NCBI GenBank assembly: GCA_036867785.1
Contig: CP145410.1
Location: forward strand, 124,001-188,000
Direction of reading: 5' to 3'
Length of the DNA stretch: 64,000 bases
Origin: Plasmodiophora brassicae
Taxonomy: Eukaryota
How positions within the stretch are numbered: the stretch's first letter is position 1; each line of letters begins with the position of its first letter. This document shows positions 49,249 through 62,420 of this stretch, piece after piece. A model generated the notes under the pieces. The model was given only the letters and a program-made list of their open reading frames with translations, did not search any database and was not told the origin of the DNA. The translations under genes were made by a program, and so were the position numbers.

Positions 49249-52200
49249 ATGGGGGAATCTGCGCGCAATCGCAAGAAGAGCGGCGGCATGCCGCGTGGTG
49301 GCAAGCGCTCAGGCAGCGGCCGTCCGTCAAAAGCTGCTCTGTTGGACCGTGAGAAAGCGAGGCAGCACGAGGCACTCCAGGCTCAGCTTTTGTTTGCTCG
49401 ATGTTCGTCCAGGAACTCAGCTCCATCCGATGTGGTTCCTGTGCCGCCAGCGGATGTCGATTCTGGTATTGAACCTTATGCCGAGCCCTGTGCCGCAGCT
49501 AATGTTCCGTTCCCGCGTGTTCCAACTTCAGTTGGTATGGCTGGACCTTCCTCCGCCGTACCTTCTCCGTCTGCAGTTGCTTCCCCTTGTTCTGCTAATG
49601 CTGATAACTCTGCGGCGGCCTCAGCGTACCCTCCTGTCACTAATTCGTCTACGCCAACTGCCATTGAGGCTTCTCGCGCTTGTTCAAATGCATCTCCTGC
49701 TGTTCCGTCGGCAGCCGTTGGTTCCAGTGCAGCCGCTGTCGTAATGTCGTCGACTGGTTTGCTGTCGCAGGGAACACTGTCTTTGCTTGCCAGCAATCAG
49801 TTCCTAAAGGTCGACGACGTTGCGGGTTATCAGGAACCTCTGCATCACGACCAAACTGGGTCACTCTTCAATGAACGTTTACGACACAATCGCAAGTGGT
49901 GTCCCAAGGGATCGATCCTTGAGCAACAACTTCGCAAGCTTCGAGACGCATTGCGTGCTCCTACGCCGAAGCAGGATGCAGGATATTTGTATAAGCAGGG
50001 TATCCAGTCGTTTCGTCCTGAAGACCCGTTTGTCCAGCTGTTCAAGCTGGATCGTGCACGGCTTCGACCATATGGATTGTTTTTAAAGGAGGCGTTCTGT
50101 TTTGACCCGTTTGCAATCGACCCCCGTTTGCGTCGGTGCCATGTTTGTAAAACTGGAAAGCTCGTCAGCAACGGGTTTACCGAAGCTCGCCGGGCTGTCG
50201 GAATCAACGATATTTGTTTGCTGCTTGGCAAAGACATTCTCTGTGCGTCGTGCTCTTACCGTGGATCAACATTCGAAGCCTCGTATATGGGTTCTCTTCC
50301 TCCTCACGTTGTTGCGTCTTTCCCGTTCGTTATCATGGATCATAAGAATGCCTGGACGAGGGAGCTGTACAACGCTGTGGCCGAGCTCTTCGGTAACGGC
50401 ATGAGCTCAGAACAGGTTCGTGGGTTTGTCCTTCATCTGCATTCCTTGCGGTTTGCCGAGAAGAAGCGCATGTTCGAAAGCCTTGTAGCGTTTCGATATC
50501 CTGAGGGGAATTGCCCGGCTTCGATTCCCCTCGTCGGTGACTGGGCAGACCCCTTCAGAAATGCCGGTTTCGTTCCGTGCACAGAGACGTTCAACCGGGC
50601 CTTCCTGCACTTCGTTAACGCTCATCAGCAGTATATGGATCACTCCATGGAAATTCTGCCATGTACGGTCGCATCCTCGGATCACACTATGAAAACGGTG
50701 AAGATGTTATCGCCGGCGTTTGGTGCCCGCACTTTCAATTCCTTGCATAAGGTGACAAATGAGGATGGAATGATTCGATCGTTCACTTTTCAGCTCGGCA
50801 GTGGACACAATGATGAAGTTGAACCTGTGGTAACGGGGATATGCAAATCGTTATTGTCGTATGGGTATCCGAGGCCCATAATTTGGAATACTGATCGGTA
50901 CCACGCCGACCGTACCATGCTTGAACGTGCGTGCCCCACGCTCTTGCGCTCTGTACGTCAATCTGCTCACATTACTCAGAACATTCCTCGCGGCCCATTG
51001 GCTCATGCAATCACAGAGCTGCCGCAACTGGTCGCCTTGGCAAACGACATCCTTGACGATGCTAGCTCATTTGATGACGAAACCCAGCTCGTGCTGTCTT
51101 TGGATTGCGAGTGGGACTCTGATAATACGTTGCAATGCGATGTTCTTGGCATTTCGTGCGAGGTTGGACGATCTAAGGGAGCCTATGCTATCCAAATTGA
51201 TCGCGTATTCGCGAACGAGAAGCGGGATGTCGATGGTAGATATCTCGTACCTGTGTCCGTCGTCGAAGTCTTCCGATCTGTCAACGTGCTGTTAGTTGGG
51301 AAGGCCATCCACGGGGATTTGCGGCGGCTCGGAAGAACCATTGGTATCGATGAGGACGATTGTAACGGGGTTATCGATTTGGGCCACCTCTGCAAGCAGC
51401 GTCGCGTTAAGAAACGAGACGCCTCACGTGCCGTGGTACCTGCGTCATCGTCTCTCGACAAACTTGTCTATGCGTGTACGGGCCTGCATGTCCCCAACAA
51501 ATCAGGGCCTGTTCGGGTTTCAAAAGCATGGTCCAGACATGTTCTTAGTGATGAACAGCTCGAGTACCTCTCTTATGATTTACAGGCTGGGCATATTGTG
51601 TACAACCACGCTGTTGCTCTCCGCGATCCGGACCGCCGTCTCAATTTGCAACTATGTCAGGCGTTGCTCGAAAGTGGCCAAAGCAATGTTGATATTATGC
51701 CACGGGTTGCCGGGTCTGCAGCAATCTGTCGGGGTCAGCTGCTGGAACTTTGTCCAAAACCAGCCGTTTCATCTTGGTTCTCAGGGCCCGGTCCGCTAAC
51801 CCACGCTCGTGTCCTTGTCGTTCACGTCCTTGTTTCAAACGCGTTGTTGCATACGAGGACATTTCACCGCGATGGTATATCGCACGCTCTGGCGCCGCGT
51901 TCTTCTACCGCTTTATCTAGCTTTGGTGATGTTCCATTCGACGTCGTCGTTCCATTTTCCCGTTTACGCGACGGTTGGGCTGAGGAAAACGACGCCCAAG
52001 AACCAGAACCGGTACCATTGCAAGACGCTTCTGATCCCGGGGACGCCACGCCGAAGCGGCCTGAAGCCGCTGACGCGAATGATATTGACTTCGTCCAGCT
52101 TGGCTGTACACTTCTACAGCATTGCGATGCACCTGAACTTCCTGATTGCCAACACGACGATAAGAAGACGCTCGAAGCGTTTGGCAGGTTCGTCGAGTTT

Positions 52201-54455
52201 CTGTACATTTGCGACATGGGTCACGCCTACAGTCATCGCAGTCCACATGAATCAGGCGTTAAGCAAGACATTTTCCATGGCATGCGACGTCTGGAACCAG
52301 CACCACTGGGACACCCTTTGCGCAAGCATTGGATGTTCGCTCTGAGCGACGCGTTCTCAATGTACGACGCCGACGACTACGCGAATGTCATGTCCTATCT
52401 TACTGACCTGCATGGCGGTGACGATTCCGCGGCGATGGCCGAGTTTCTACGCCGCAAGCACAACCCCAGCGACAATTTTGTGGCGAAGCATATCAGGCTG
52501 CTTAAACCCCTGCCGTTGGATATGTTCCGACGCGTCCTGTCGGTTATCTTGACCTTCGGGTTCATGCGCACCGGGTCAGCGCCGTCTCAGCCTCTGTTCT
52601 CTTCAGACAATTGGCACGAGGCCACGTCTCTGCTCGGCGACATTCTAGAGGGCATCTACAGTGATCACCCTGACGTGAATTACTATTTTGAGGACGGACT
52701 CGATGCTAACGGTTTGATGACATATCGAACGTTACGAGGCGAGAACGATGTCGAGGCAAGTTTCCACGTGGACTGGAAGCACCTTGACTCGTTCAGTATT
52801 GGCCCCGAGCGCCTTGAGGCAAATACTCGATGGCGATATTATCGTTACAACAACACCGTGAAGCGAAACCGGGGATACATTCCAGATCTTCGGCATCATC
52901 ACTCTTGGATCGAAGACGACATCCAACTCTTCACGAGAATTTCTCGTGGCTATGTCGAATATCCGGATCGTGTCATTCCGGCAGACTTCGCGCCATTGGG
53001 CGAAAGTTTCGGCATAGTTCCCAGTCCGTTGGTTGTTGAGACGAGTGCAATGGTGACTGCGTGTCGGAAACTCAGCAACATTCAGCTGAGTCCATCTTAT
53101 CGCTTTCTCGCCAGCAGGCTTGGCACCGTGTTGCCATTCGTAAATTTCTCCCATGCCGATGAGCTCAAACTGCTGAACTATCTGGTCCGAACGTTTCCGA
53201 ATCTGTCTGCCGACCGCCTTTGTAGGAGATGGCATGATGTTGACGAGAACGGTGACTTCGTTTATATCAACGGTTCAACTGTTCTACCAAAGACGACCGT
53301 TTTTATTGAGCATCGATTGAAGAGGATGTCAAAGGCCGATTCGATCCTTGCTGACCGCCGGAAGTATCAAACAGCCATCGACAATCTTCGGCGATCTGCT
53401 ATGCTCGATTCTATGGTGAGGGTCGCGCCTGCAATGATTGCCAGGCAGTCTGCGCCAAGGTTGCTTAACGCGGAAACCGTCATACAAATTCCGCGCGTTA
53501 ACGACCCAGAATACGTTTCTATTCCTCGCCGGGCTCGACGGTGCCGCGGGCAAAGAGAAATCAGGAACGGTGTCGAATTCGCCTGCTGCAGGACAGACTG
53601 TCCTGGTACGGGAGGGTCCCAGTTCTGCCAAACATCGCCGTCGGAGCTGACTCCATGGCGCGTCAGAGACCGCGCTCCTGTCGAATCGGTTGGTTACAAA
53701 TGCATTATCGTCAACCGCCCTTGTTTACTTCATTGTTCAGCCTATTATTGACGACATGGAAGTGGAAACGCGCTTGTTGCTGGTGTCCGATGAACCGACC
53801 GTCTTACCTCCGGGTGCTCGACAGGTCAGACGATTTAATTAGGTATAAGCCGGCATACCGATGTATTGACGGTCAATGTAGACGATTCCTTCTTCGCCAC
53901 CGCACCAGGTTGTCAGGCTTGCCAGGCAGTTGGAGTCAGAACATGAAGACCGCGTGGTCCCCGCTATTCAGGTCATACAATTACGTCTGCACGCAAAAGC
54001 AGCCTAATCAAGAACTGATTTATGTAGCCCTCTATGCCCTTACAGGACCCTGTCGCAGAGGACGCCTCAGGAGCCGTTGACGCGAATACGTCAGAAGCAG
54101 TCGTCGCGAGTATCCGGCCAGATGCAGTCGTTATCGCGCAGGTACCGTGCTTTCAACGAATCGGCACAGACGCTGAAAATTAACAATCACATCGTTGCAG
54201 GAATCGTTCCTTGGTGCTGGTTACCGTGGGCATCTTCCCAGCTCACAGGCTATACGCCGCCCGACGGTACAGCATGCGGTTACCAAGAGACGTCGGTGTG
54301 AACCCACCTGCGCGAATTTCATGATCATCCATGGAACCTACATGGTATGCGGCAAGGCCAAGTGCCCCGGCATTAGGGACAGGGACAAATGCCCCACTTC
54401 TCCCGCAGACTTCGTCACGCGAGCCAGCATCCGCAGGCGCAAGGATTCACAATAG
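49249..54455 (+). mobile_element. Mutator-like DDE transposase gene with inserted DEDD 3'-5' exonuclease; 1500-aa open frame to 53751, probably extended by spliced exons to 54455
   Basis: N-terminal CxxC..CxxC; SSDHTMK (D478), WNTDRY (D549), KQDIFH (D1007, DxxH), RGENDVEASFH (E1169); exonuclease LSLDCEW, GKAIHGDLRRL, LEYLSYD. Confidence 0.8.
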
Positions 54456-54779
54456 TCAATAGACATTCATTCGTGGCCCGCTGCTAGACAGATCTTTCCA
54501 TGCCTCTGCACAATCACTAGGAGTACCTCGAACGTGCATTTTGAATCTCGACTGGTCGGAGGCGCCTCGCTCCGCTCGGCGTTTGATTTCTTCCGGGCGG
54601 TTTGATTATTTTCGGCCATCCCGGTAATACCGGGGCCAGCGCTCTCGCGCTGGGGCGGTTGAGGTTTATTCTTCTGCAGATACGGATAACCCCTCACCAC
54701 TGCGCAGTCTGCACTGCGCAGTGCGCAGAACTCCGCTGCGTCGACGGACAACTTCAGTCGGCATTCTCAGCCCGTGAGA

Positions 54780-55616
54780 ATGGTCAGGAAGGGCAAACGC
54801 TCGGCGTCCGCTTCCTCGTCATGCGGACCGGGGAACCAGGTGCTGCTGCTCAACCTGTCCGACATGCTCACGCAGATGGAGTATCAGAAGACAGCCGTGG
54901 ACGCGGTCCGTTCGATTAACGGCTTGCGCCTGAGCATCATCAATTCCGTCGATGAATTCGTTCGCGAAATCGCATATCGTCCACTGATGGTCCTCGTTTT
55001 CGACGCGGGGATTGCCGAACGGAAAGAAACCAACGCGCGTCGTCTGCTTCGAGATTATGTCCAGAACGGCGGGTTCGCCGTCTTCTGCGGCCTGTGCCCG
55101 TCATTCCTCGACACGTACATGTACAATCGTTTGTTCCGGGATGCGTTCTGCCTGGAATGGGAACGCGGCGGGTACACGCGCAGCGATCACGTCCTTAGCA
55201 ACCTCGGCAAGAAGATGGATGTCGACCTGCCTGTCTCGTTCAACTGCAAAGCGTCGATGCTGGCGAATGTCGACCCAGCCCATCGGCTGTATACCTGCGA
55301 GGAACGCCCTAATGATTGTGGAGCGGCGATGAGGCGTGTCGGCGCGGGATTTATCGCCTACCTTGGCGATGTGAATAACGAGGATGCCACCGTCCAGATT
55401 CTGGCCCGGATCTGCGAATGGGGTGTCAAGACGATTCCATTCCTGGCCGACCTGGAAGCCGGCCAGCCGGATTTATCACGACCCTACGATGGCGGTATTC
55501 ACGAGCCCGACATTCCCGACGAAGACGATGACGACGACAACGATGATGACGATGAGATCTACTACTTTGGCTCATCTATGGCCTTCTTAGCCAAAGCAAT
55601 GAAACGTTCGGATTAG
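54780..55616 (+). CDS. Hypothetical protein (possible class-I GATase-like fold) with acidic tail; single exon
   Basis: Long open frame with LRDYVQNGGFAVFCG and AYLGDVNNE; Asp-rich C-terminus. Confidence 0.65.
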   Translation: MVRKGKRSASASSSCGPGNQVLLLNLSDMLTQMEYQKTAVDAVRSINGLRLSIINSVDEFVREIAYRPLMVLVFDAGIAERKETNARRLLRDYVQNGGFAVFCGLCPSFLDTYMYNRLFRDAFCLEWERGGYTRSDHVLSNLGKKMDVDLPVSFNCKASMLANVDPAHRLYTCEERPNDCGAAMRRVGAGFIAYLGDVNNEDATVQILARICEWGVKTIPFLADLEAGQPDLSRPYDGGIHEPDIPDEDDDDDNDDDDEIYYFGSSMAFLAKAMKRSD

Positions 55617-56145
55617 GACTGTTTGCGACGAAAGCGCTGGGCGATATCAGTAGGCCATGTTGATCAGGGCTGCGATGCAGGCGTCTTCGATGACGAGCGA
55701 AAATCATCTCAGTTCGCAGCGAGGTCATTTGTGACCTGGATCCGCTGGAGGATCGGGGTGCACCGTTGTCCATTTGCCAGATGACGGAGATGAAGGCAGC
55801 GCCGGGCGCCGTAGTCGCTGCTGGCAAGACAGACAGTCGTTGCCGCGTACTGGACAAGAAGCTGTTCACAGTAGATAGGTACACCGCCTATGTACTCGAA
55901 CAAGTTCCCTACGCCGATGTCCCTCTGGAAGATGGAGTTGTCGTTGCCGCCAGCATACCGCATGAAGTACCTGTCGTTGTAGATTCTCCAATTCGGAGAA
56001 AGAAAATCAGCTGGACGACGAATGTTTCCACATTGATCGCAGCAAGTGAACACATGGCTCTTACATAACATAACTCTATGAACGCACTGATCACGACGAT
56101 GAAGAGCCCTACAATGGGCAAAGGCGACGACGAGGTCCCGCTCAT
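55576..56145 (-). CDS. Possible small secreted or membrane protein; multi-exon
   Basis: MSGTSSSPLPIVGLFIVVISAFIEL hydrophobic start followed by GT donors and coding-like segments. Splice pattern ambiguous. Confidence 0.3.
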
Positions 56146-56333
56146 GACAGGAGCTAACTACTGAGTACCTCACCGTGAAGAACCTCGACGGCGCTGGTCG
56201 GGATCGATCCCAGAACCAGCGAATGCTGCTCTACGGCAGTGCATGGTTGTTCGCTGCAGAAGGCACCGTGTAGGAGACGTTTCGAACGGATTCCGCTGCG
56301 TTGCTGCTGTAAAACGTGACACGAGCGTCCGAC

Positions 56334-58057
56334 TTAACGCATGGTGACCATCTCCTCAGCAGCGGTTGGATGAATGGCGACGCACGAGTCCAGGTCCGCT
56401 TTCCTCGCGCCCATCTTGACGGCGACGGCGAAGCCCTGGATGATTTCGTCACACGCCCGACCGATCATGTGAACGCCGACAACGCGCTCGTCTTTGCCCA
56501 GGCAGACGATCTTCATGGCCGTCTGGGGCTTGTGCTCTCGTTCACACATGGAGTAGAACATGTTCGGGAAGGCCGTCGTGTAAACCTTCACCGGATGCTC
56601 GGCGCTCGCCTTGGCCCTGGCTTCGTCTTCCGTAATTCCAACTGTTCCGATGGGCGGGTGATTGAACACGACCGTTGGCACGTTCGTGTAATCCAGGTGG
56701 GAGTCCTTGAAGCCCGGGCCCCCATACAGCCTGTCTGCCAGCTTTCGTCCAGCGGCGACCGCGACAGGTGTCAACTCGATCTTCCCGTTGACATCACCGA
56801 TCGCGAAGATGCGATCCACGTTGGTCTTCTCGAACTCGTCGGTTCGGATGTATCCGGCGGCGTCGACCTGAACGCCACAGGTGTCCAGGCCTAGCGCGTG
56901 CGTGTTGGGGACCCGACCGATAGCGTACAGAACGTGGTCGAACCCTGACAATGGAGCAGCGTGCGAGCCAACGTGAACAGCTATGGTCCCTGTCGGTTCC
57001 TATTCGCAAATGGGATCGGATCCCAGTGTGGCCTGACGTGGGCGATCTACCTTTGACAATCTGGAGACGATCGAGTGCCTGTGGACGGTGACGCCGTTCT
57101 GCTCGAGTTCGTCCATCGCGTGCTCCTGGATGATCGTGTCGAACTTCCGCAATGCGGAGTCGTATCGGATGAACAGGTGAGTCTCGCTGCCCAGCCCGTT
57201 CAGCACGCCCGCAAGCTCGACAGCGATGTACCCGGCGCCGACAACAGCAACTTTAGCGGGAAGCTTGTCCAGTGCAAAGAAATCATCTGACCCCAGGAAT
57301 GGTCACGAGATAGCATTCCAAGAGCGCCTTACGTCGACATACCCGAATTGATCGCCAGCTCACCGCCCGGGATGTTCACTGGACTGGGAAGGCCCCCGAC
57401 GGCGATCACGATCCGTTCGCCAGTGTATTCGATGCCGTTAACCTCCACCGTCCTGCACTCCAAGATCTCAGTTGCACCACTAATTCAGGGGCAACGGGCC
57501 CTCCTACTTGGGACCTGTGAAACGTCCCCGTCCGCGTATTAACGCGATTTTCTCTTCGTGAAGGCTGTCTTCGTAGGCGCCGTTCAACCACGTTATGTAG
57601 GCGTCGCGCTTCTTCTTCAGGGCAGCGTAGTCTAGGGATGGGCGCCCCTCCTGCTTGATGTTAAACCCATACTCTCTAGCGTACTCCACGGCTTCGGCGA
57701 GGTACGACGTGTTGTACATGATTTTCTTTCACGCGAACGTGAACCCACTACATAGGTGCCTGCGGACAGTGCTTCCGATGACGTACCTTCGGGATGCAGC
57801 CGACCTAATGCAACATTGGTACGTGGTGGGTGAAAGGCGCATCATTGCCGTGCGTAGCTAGCAACTTACATTGACACAGGTACCCCCGAGGCGGCCCTCT
57901 TCGATGACAGCGACTCTCGCGCCCCTTGATGCTGCCCGGTCGGCGCCTACCCGCCGACTGAGGATCCAGGGCCATTCGCACATCGACCCTGCTTACAGCT
58001 GACGCCGCCGGACCCGCCACCGATCACCAGCAAGTCGAACGCGGTAGACGACGCCAT
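56334..58057 (-). CDS. GSR: Glutathione reductase; multi-exon
   Basis: [84 protein letters not shown]. Confidence 0.96.
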
Positions 58058-58353
58058 TACTGTGTAACGAAACGCTCGTCAGGTCTGACAGCGGTCCCGG
58101 TGGGCCCTGTTGTTGCCTGCCGCCACCCGTTATGTAACGGGCGTCATCTTCAGAACACGCTGCTAAACCGCCCTTTATTTGACAAGAGCCGTGCCTTGTT
58201 AAAACGACCCATCAATTGTGAGCTGCTGTCGATCAATAGTGTGTGCGCTCGTGGAAAGCAGAGATGGTGACGATTGCCTGTCGCAACCAGTTGATCGCGT
58301 TCGTGCCAGGTTTCCCGTGGACCAGCGGTGCGCGTGCGCGTGCGCGGCTGCGG

Positions 58354-59132
58354 ATGTCGACGGGCGCCATCTCGGACGAGTGCGTGTACGACCTGGATGT
58401 CGACGGCGTGGGCGAACCCGTGCGCGTCGCCCAGGACCCGTTGGCCAAGCTGAGTGCCGGGTCGGGCACCACAGGTGCTGTCTTGTGATAGTTCCGGCCG
58501 TCACTGTCGCTGAGCAGCGCTCGTCGTTACCCTAGTCTGGGATTCAGCGATCGCCCTCTGTGGGTATCTGATGCGGTCGATGCGATCACGCCCGAGGACG
58601 GCGCTCGACCTCAGCGCCGGCACGGGCATTGTCGGCCTAACATTGGCACGTACGGCTTGGTCCAGGTTATTCCCCTTCTTCTACTAACTGACCTGTCGTA
58701 GGTCTGGGCGTCGAACGCGTTCTCCTGTCTGATATCCCCAACAGCGTCCCGCTTCTCAGCCACAACATCGAGATGAATGACCTGGCGGATCGCGTTTCCG
58801 CCCTGCCGCTGAAATGGGGCGACGCGGGCAACACCCACGACATCCGGCAGGCGATCGACCCGATCGACCTGATCGTCGCGTCCGATCTGTTCGCATGGCC
58901 GGACCTGTACCTGGACCTGGCACGCACGATCGACGCGTTAGCGTCGACGACGACGACCGTCCTCCTCGCGTACGAGGAACGGAACCCGGCCGTCGAGGGC
59001 GGGTTCTTTCGCATGCTGCATAAGAAATTCGCGATTCGCGAGATCCCGATTGAGGCTCTGCACCCGGAGTATCGATCGCCTGAGCTTCACATCTTCGAGG
59101 CTCGCCGTCGTGCAACCAGAAGTGACGACTGA
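58354..59132 (+). CDS. METTL21/METTL23-like protein lysine methyltransferase; multi-exon
   Basis: GTTGAVL/WDSAIAL; LKWGD; DLIVASDL; LLAYEERNP. Confidence 0.85.
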
Positions 59133-59159
59133 ATAGACGGTTATATCACAGGGTCGTTA

Positions 59160-60104
59160 CTATACTCGTCGCCGTCGCGACCTGGATCGCTTGGGTCCAG
59201 CTCCGTCCGAATCAGAATCGGATGCCTGCTGTCGCCGTTTCCCCTGTCGCTTCTTTCGTGGTGGCCGCTTAGGAGACGCTGCCAGCAACGTCTTGCTGTT
59301 GACCCATTCGACGGGCGTCACCGTTGCGATCGTATCGCGGACGCATGCGCCGAGGACGTAGGGGTCGAGCGGCACTGGGACGACCACCACGTCGTCGTCG
59401 TCGTCGTCGTCATCACCCGCGTGAGCGTCATGCTCCTCCTCATCCACAGTCTTCTCGCCATCCGAGTCGACGGTCGCGTCCGACGCGTCTTCGCGTTCCG
59501 GTTCGATTGCAGCGGGAACCACGACAATCGTCGGCATGGCGAACCGAGCCAGACGACGACGACGGTCGTCGTCGGGATCTCTTACAGCCACCGGCTGCCC
59601 TGCCACGTTAATGACGTCAAATGTCTCACCAATGTCCAGATCAATTTCGGAATCGGACGGCACGCTGCGCCTGCAACCGTCGTCCCCGACCAAGTCGGGG
59701 GTCGCAGGCAGACGCGCTTGACGTACACCTGGACAATGAATAGCATCGGCGTTCGACTCCACAACGTCGCCTGCGCTGGGCACATGCGGCGACGCGCGAT
59801 CAGGCAGCGGCTCGTCGACAGGGAGCGATCCACCTTGATCAGCGGAACCATTCACTGGAGAGCGAACCAGTTCGTCGACAGGGTCACAAGGCCGCTCAGG
59901 TCGCACCGGGTTCGGGCCGGTCAAGGCACTGCCGGACGGGTCCAGCTGCTTCTCGTCGTCGACAATGGCGTCCGGTGGTCGGGCTGTCGGCGCGCTCGAT
60001 CGCCTCGTGGGTCGCGCAGGCTTCTTCTGCCCATAGTTGGGCAGCGTACGCTTCTTGCGCATCTGGCAAGCTCCGTAAACGGCCTCGCTGGCACTCGCAT
60101 TCAT
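59160..60104 (-). CDS. Hypothetical low-complexity acidic/basic protein (314 aa)
   Basis: Long ORF with a poly-Asp stretch and NLS-like basic ends; no domain recognised. Confidence 0.6.
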   Translation of the reverse strand: MNASASEAVYGACQMRKKRTLPNYGQKKPARPTRRSSAPTARPPDAIVDDEKQLDPSGSALTGPNPVRPERPCDPVDELVRSPVNGSADQGGSLPVDEPLPDRASPHVPSAGDVVESNADAIHCPGVRQARLPATPDLVGDDGCRRSVPSDSEIDLDIGETFDVINVAGQPVAVRDPDDDRRRRLARFAMPTIVVVPAAIEPEREDASDATVDSDGEKTVDEEEHDAHAGDDDDDDDDVVVVPVPLDPYVLGACVRDTIATVTPVEWVNSKTLLAASPKRPPRKKRQGKRRQQASDSDSDGAGPKRSRSRRRRV

Positions 60105-60120
60105 CGTTGCACAATGTATT

Positions 60121-61361
60121 TTATAAGGCGGCGGCGGGTGCGAACCTGCCGACTACGTTGGCGGGTAGGGCGTAGACCGGGTCAATAACAGGCAACGATG
60201 ATCGGCCCAGGAGCGATAACGCAGCCAGGCCGAAGAACGTGTGGAACACGTCGGTCATATTGCCGGGGCGATCGGATATGCCGCCGTGGTCGACATCCTG
60301 ACAGTCGATGACGTACCGGACAAGCGCGTCCTGGTCGATCCAGTCGAGTCGCCCCAGGATAGACAGGGCAGACAGGACCCACCTACCAACAATGTCAAGT
60401 ACTGTCCGAAGAGCGCCATCAGACAACGCGCTCCAACCATGAATAGCAGACGTCTTCCTTCTTCTCAGGGCGTCCGTTAAGGCCACCACACGGTAGTTGC
60501 CGTTCGCAGAGCCACCATGACAGCGTGTCCGCATCGAACGCATCGTCCAGAGCTCCAGCAATCCGCAGAGCAGCAACGCAGCAGAAAACTAAACACGAAT
60601 CAGAACGGGTCGACCGTACAGACCATCAGCCCAAGCACCGGACCTTGACCGGCATGGGATTCCGATCCCGGGACGCAGCCGAACCCGCCGTCAAAGTTCT
60701 GGCATTGCAGAATGTATCGTACGGCGGCGTCCCAGTCGATACGGTGACGTTGCTCGAGAATGGCCAGCGCACTCATTGCACAGTACGAGAACCTCGTGTC
60801 CACTTCGCCCCATTCATCGCCTTCGCAGGCCAAACGTCAGGTCGTGTTGCGCCAGACGTTAAACGATACCGCACCCGTGAAAGACCCATCCGGTTTCTGC
60901 AGGGCGGCGATATAGCTGGCAGTGAGTTCGCGATCCAACAGGTCCAGCTTGCCGAGCACGGCTAGAATCTGGATCGCGCTTAGCGTGTACAGCAAATGTG
61001 GGTCGTGATTGACGTTGCCGCCGAAACCCCCCGACTTGTACTGGCACTTCATGACGAACTCGACAATGTCGTCTAGCGGCAGGCGATGCGTCTCCCCGAG
61101 CAGCTCCATTGTCATCAGCGCCCAGTACACACCCGACATTCGCAAGTGCTCCCTGGAGCGGACACAGTAAGCTTCGACACCGAGGCCAGCGCGTCCGACG
61201 CTGGCATACATTGCATAGTGCTCGAACGAATCCGGGTTCGCGTCCAGCGCCAGAACGAACTGGACGTCGTAAGTTCGCGGCACGCGGTACCAGAGGCTGT
61301 GCAGCGGTCACCGTACCTTGATGTGCGCGTCACGTGCGACTCTGTCGTCCCAGCCGGACAT
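60121..61361 (-). CDS. RABGGTB: Rab geranylgeranyltransferase (type II) beta subunit; multi-exon
   Basis: [88 protein letters not shown]. Confidence 0.96.
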
Positions 61362-62420
61362 GACGCTGCTCGCCTACCGACCTACTCCGCTGCGCACAGG
61401 GTCAAACCGATTGCCGCCGCATTGCCAACCAGTCTGCCCGCGAGGTTCGCGTCTGACTGAATCCAGTTGCTTGACGAGGAGAGGGTCGGCAGCGCAGCTG
61501 TCCCTCGCCCGTCGCAACACCAGGAAACCTCCCGCGAATCACGACAATAACTCGCATATTCAATAATGAGACATAGCTACTAGAATATGAATTTATTCGC
61601 GAACCCGTACGCCGATATCGTTCCCTGTACACCAGCAGGAACACAACATTCAAACGTCCCTGTACACAGTCGTCAGAAACGCGCGCATTCGTGGGCATGG
61701 TCAAATAAATCTTTTCAAATCCTTCAGGCAATCGTAATGCTCCTTCCTCAAAACTAGCAGAACGCCGTTAATAGGAGGTCCAGAGATATAACATTGGCGT
61801 TCATCACAAGGACGTATAGCACTATAACAAAAGATTTAAGTACCTAGGTGATTTTTACAGCTGTTGCCTCAGAAAGCGTGCAATCGTCACCGCGTCTGTG
61901 CATTGTCGTACAGCGCTCTGACTGACGTGCAAATATCGCATATCGTCATCGACAACGGGAGCAAAGCTGAGAGGACCGATGCAGTCAAATTTCAGACTGC
62001 AGATCAGTCATCTGAGCTATTGCAAGAGCCAATATCAGTGCTGACCACAACGAGAAGGAACGCACGTCCACAGTGCAGCAGCAGCACACTGTGTCAGTTG
62101 CTTCACGTTGTGGACTCGTGGATTTCTCAGCGTCGTTTGATCAATCAATGAAGCCGGCTGCGGAGTCCGTCGCGCAGTCCGACTCGTCTGACATTGAGCC
62201 GCGGCCCGCGGACAGACGATTCTATAGCGCCGCCCCTAATACTGAGGTTCGCAGCGGATTCGAACCTATCTAATGCCTACGAACCGCAACACACATAGGC
62301 CATGGTTCGCTCGTCTTAAACCTTCGTACTTAACGCCCCCTTCACTCTCACACGCGCCATCTTGTCCAACTACCTCAGTCGTGGACGATCGATAGCCATA
62401 CTTTCATAGGGTTCATTCAT

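Noticed and set aside
49249-53751. Fanzor/TnpB-type RNA-guided nuclease
   Set aside because: No RuvC motifs are recognisable; the motifs fit a DDE transposase plus DEDD exonuclease.
54600-54700. Right terminal inverted repeat and TSD of the transposon
   Set aside because: The candidate end ..GGATAACCC has no convincing reverse-complement match or flanking duplication on the left.
62240-62330. Complete tRNA gene
   Set aside because: Only a T-loop/B-box and one stem; no cloverleaf.
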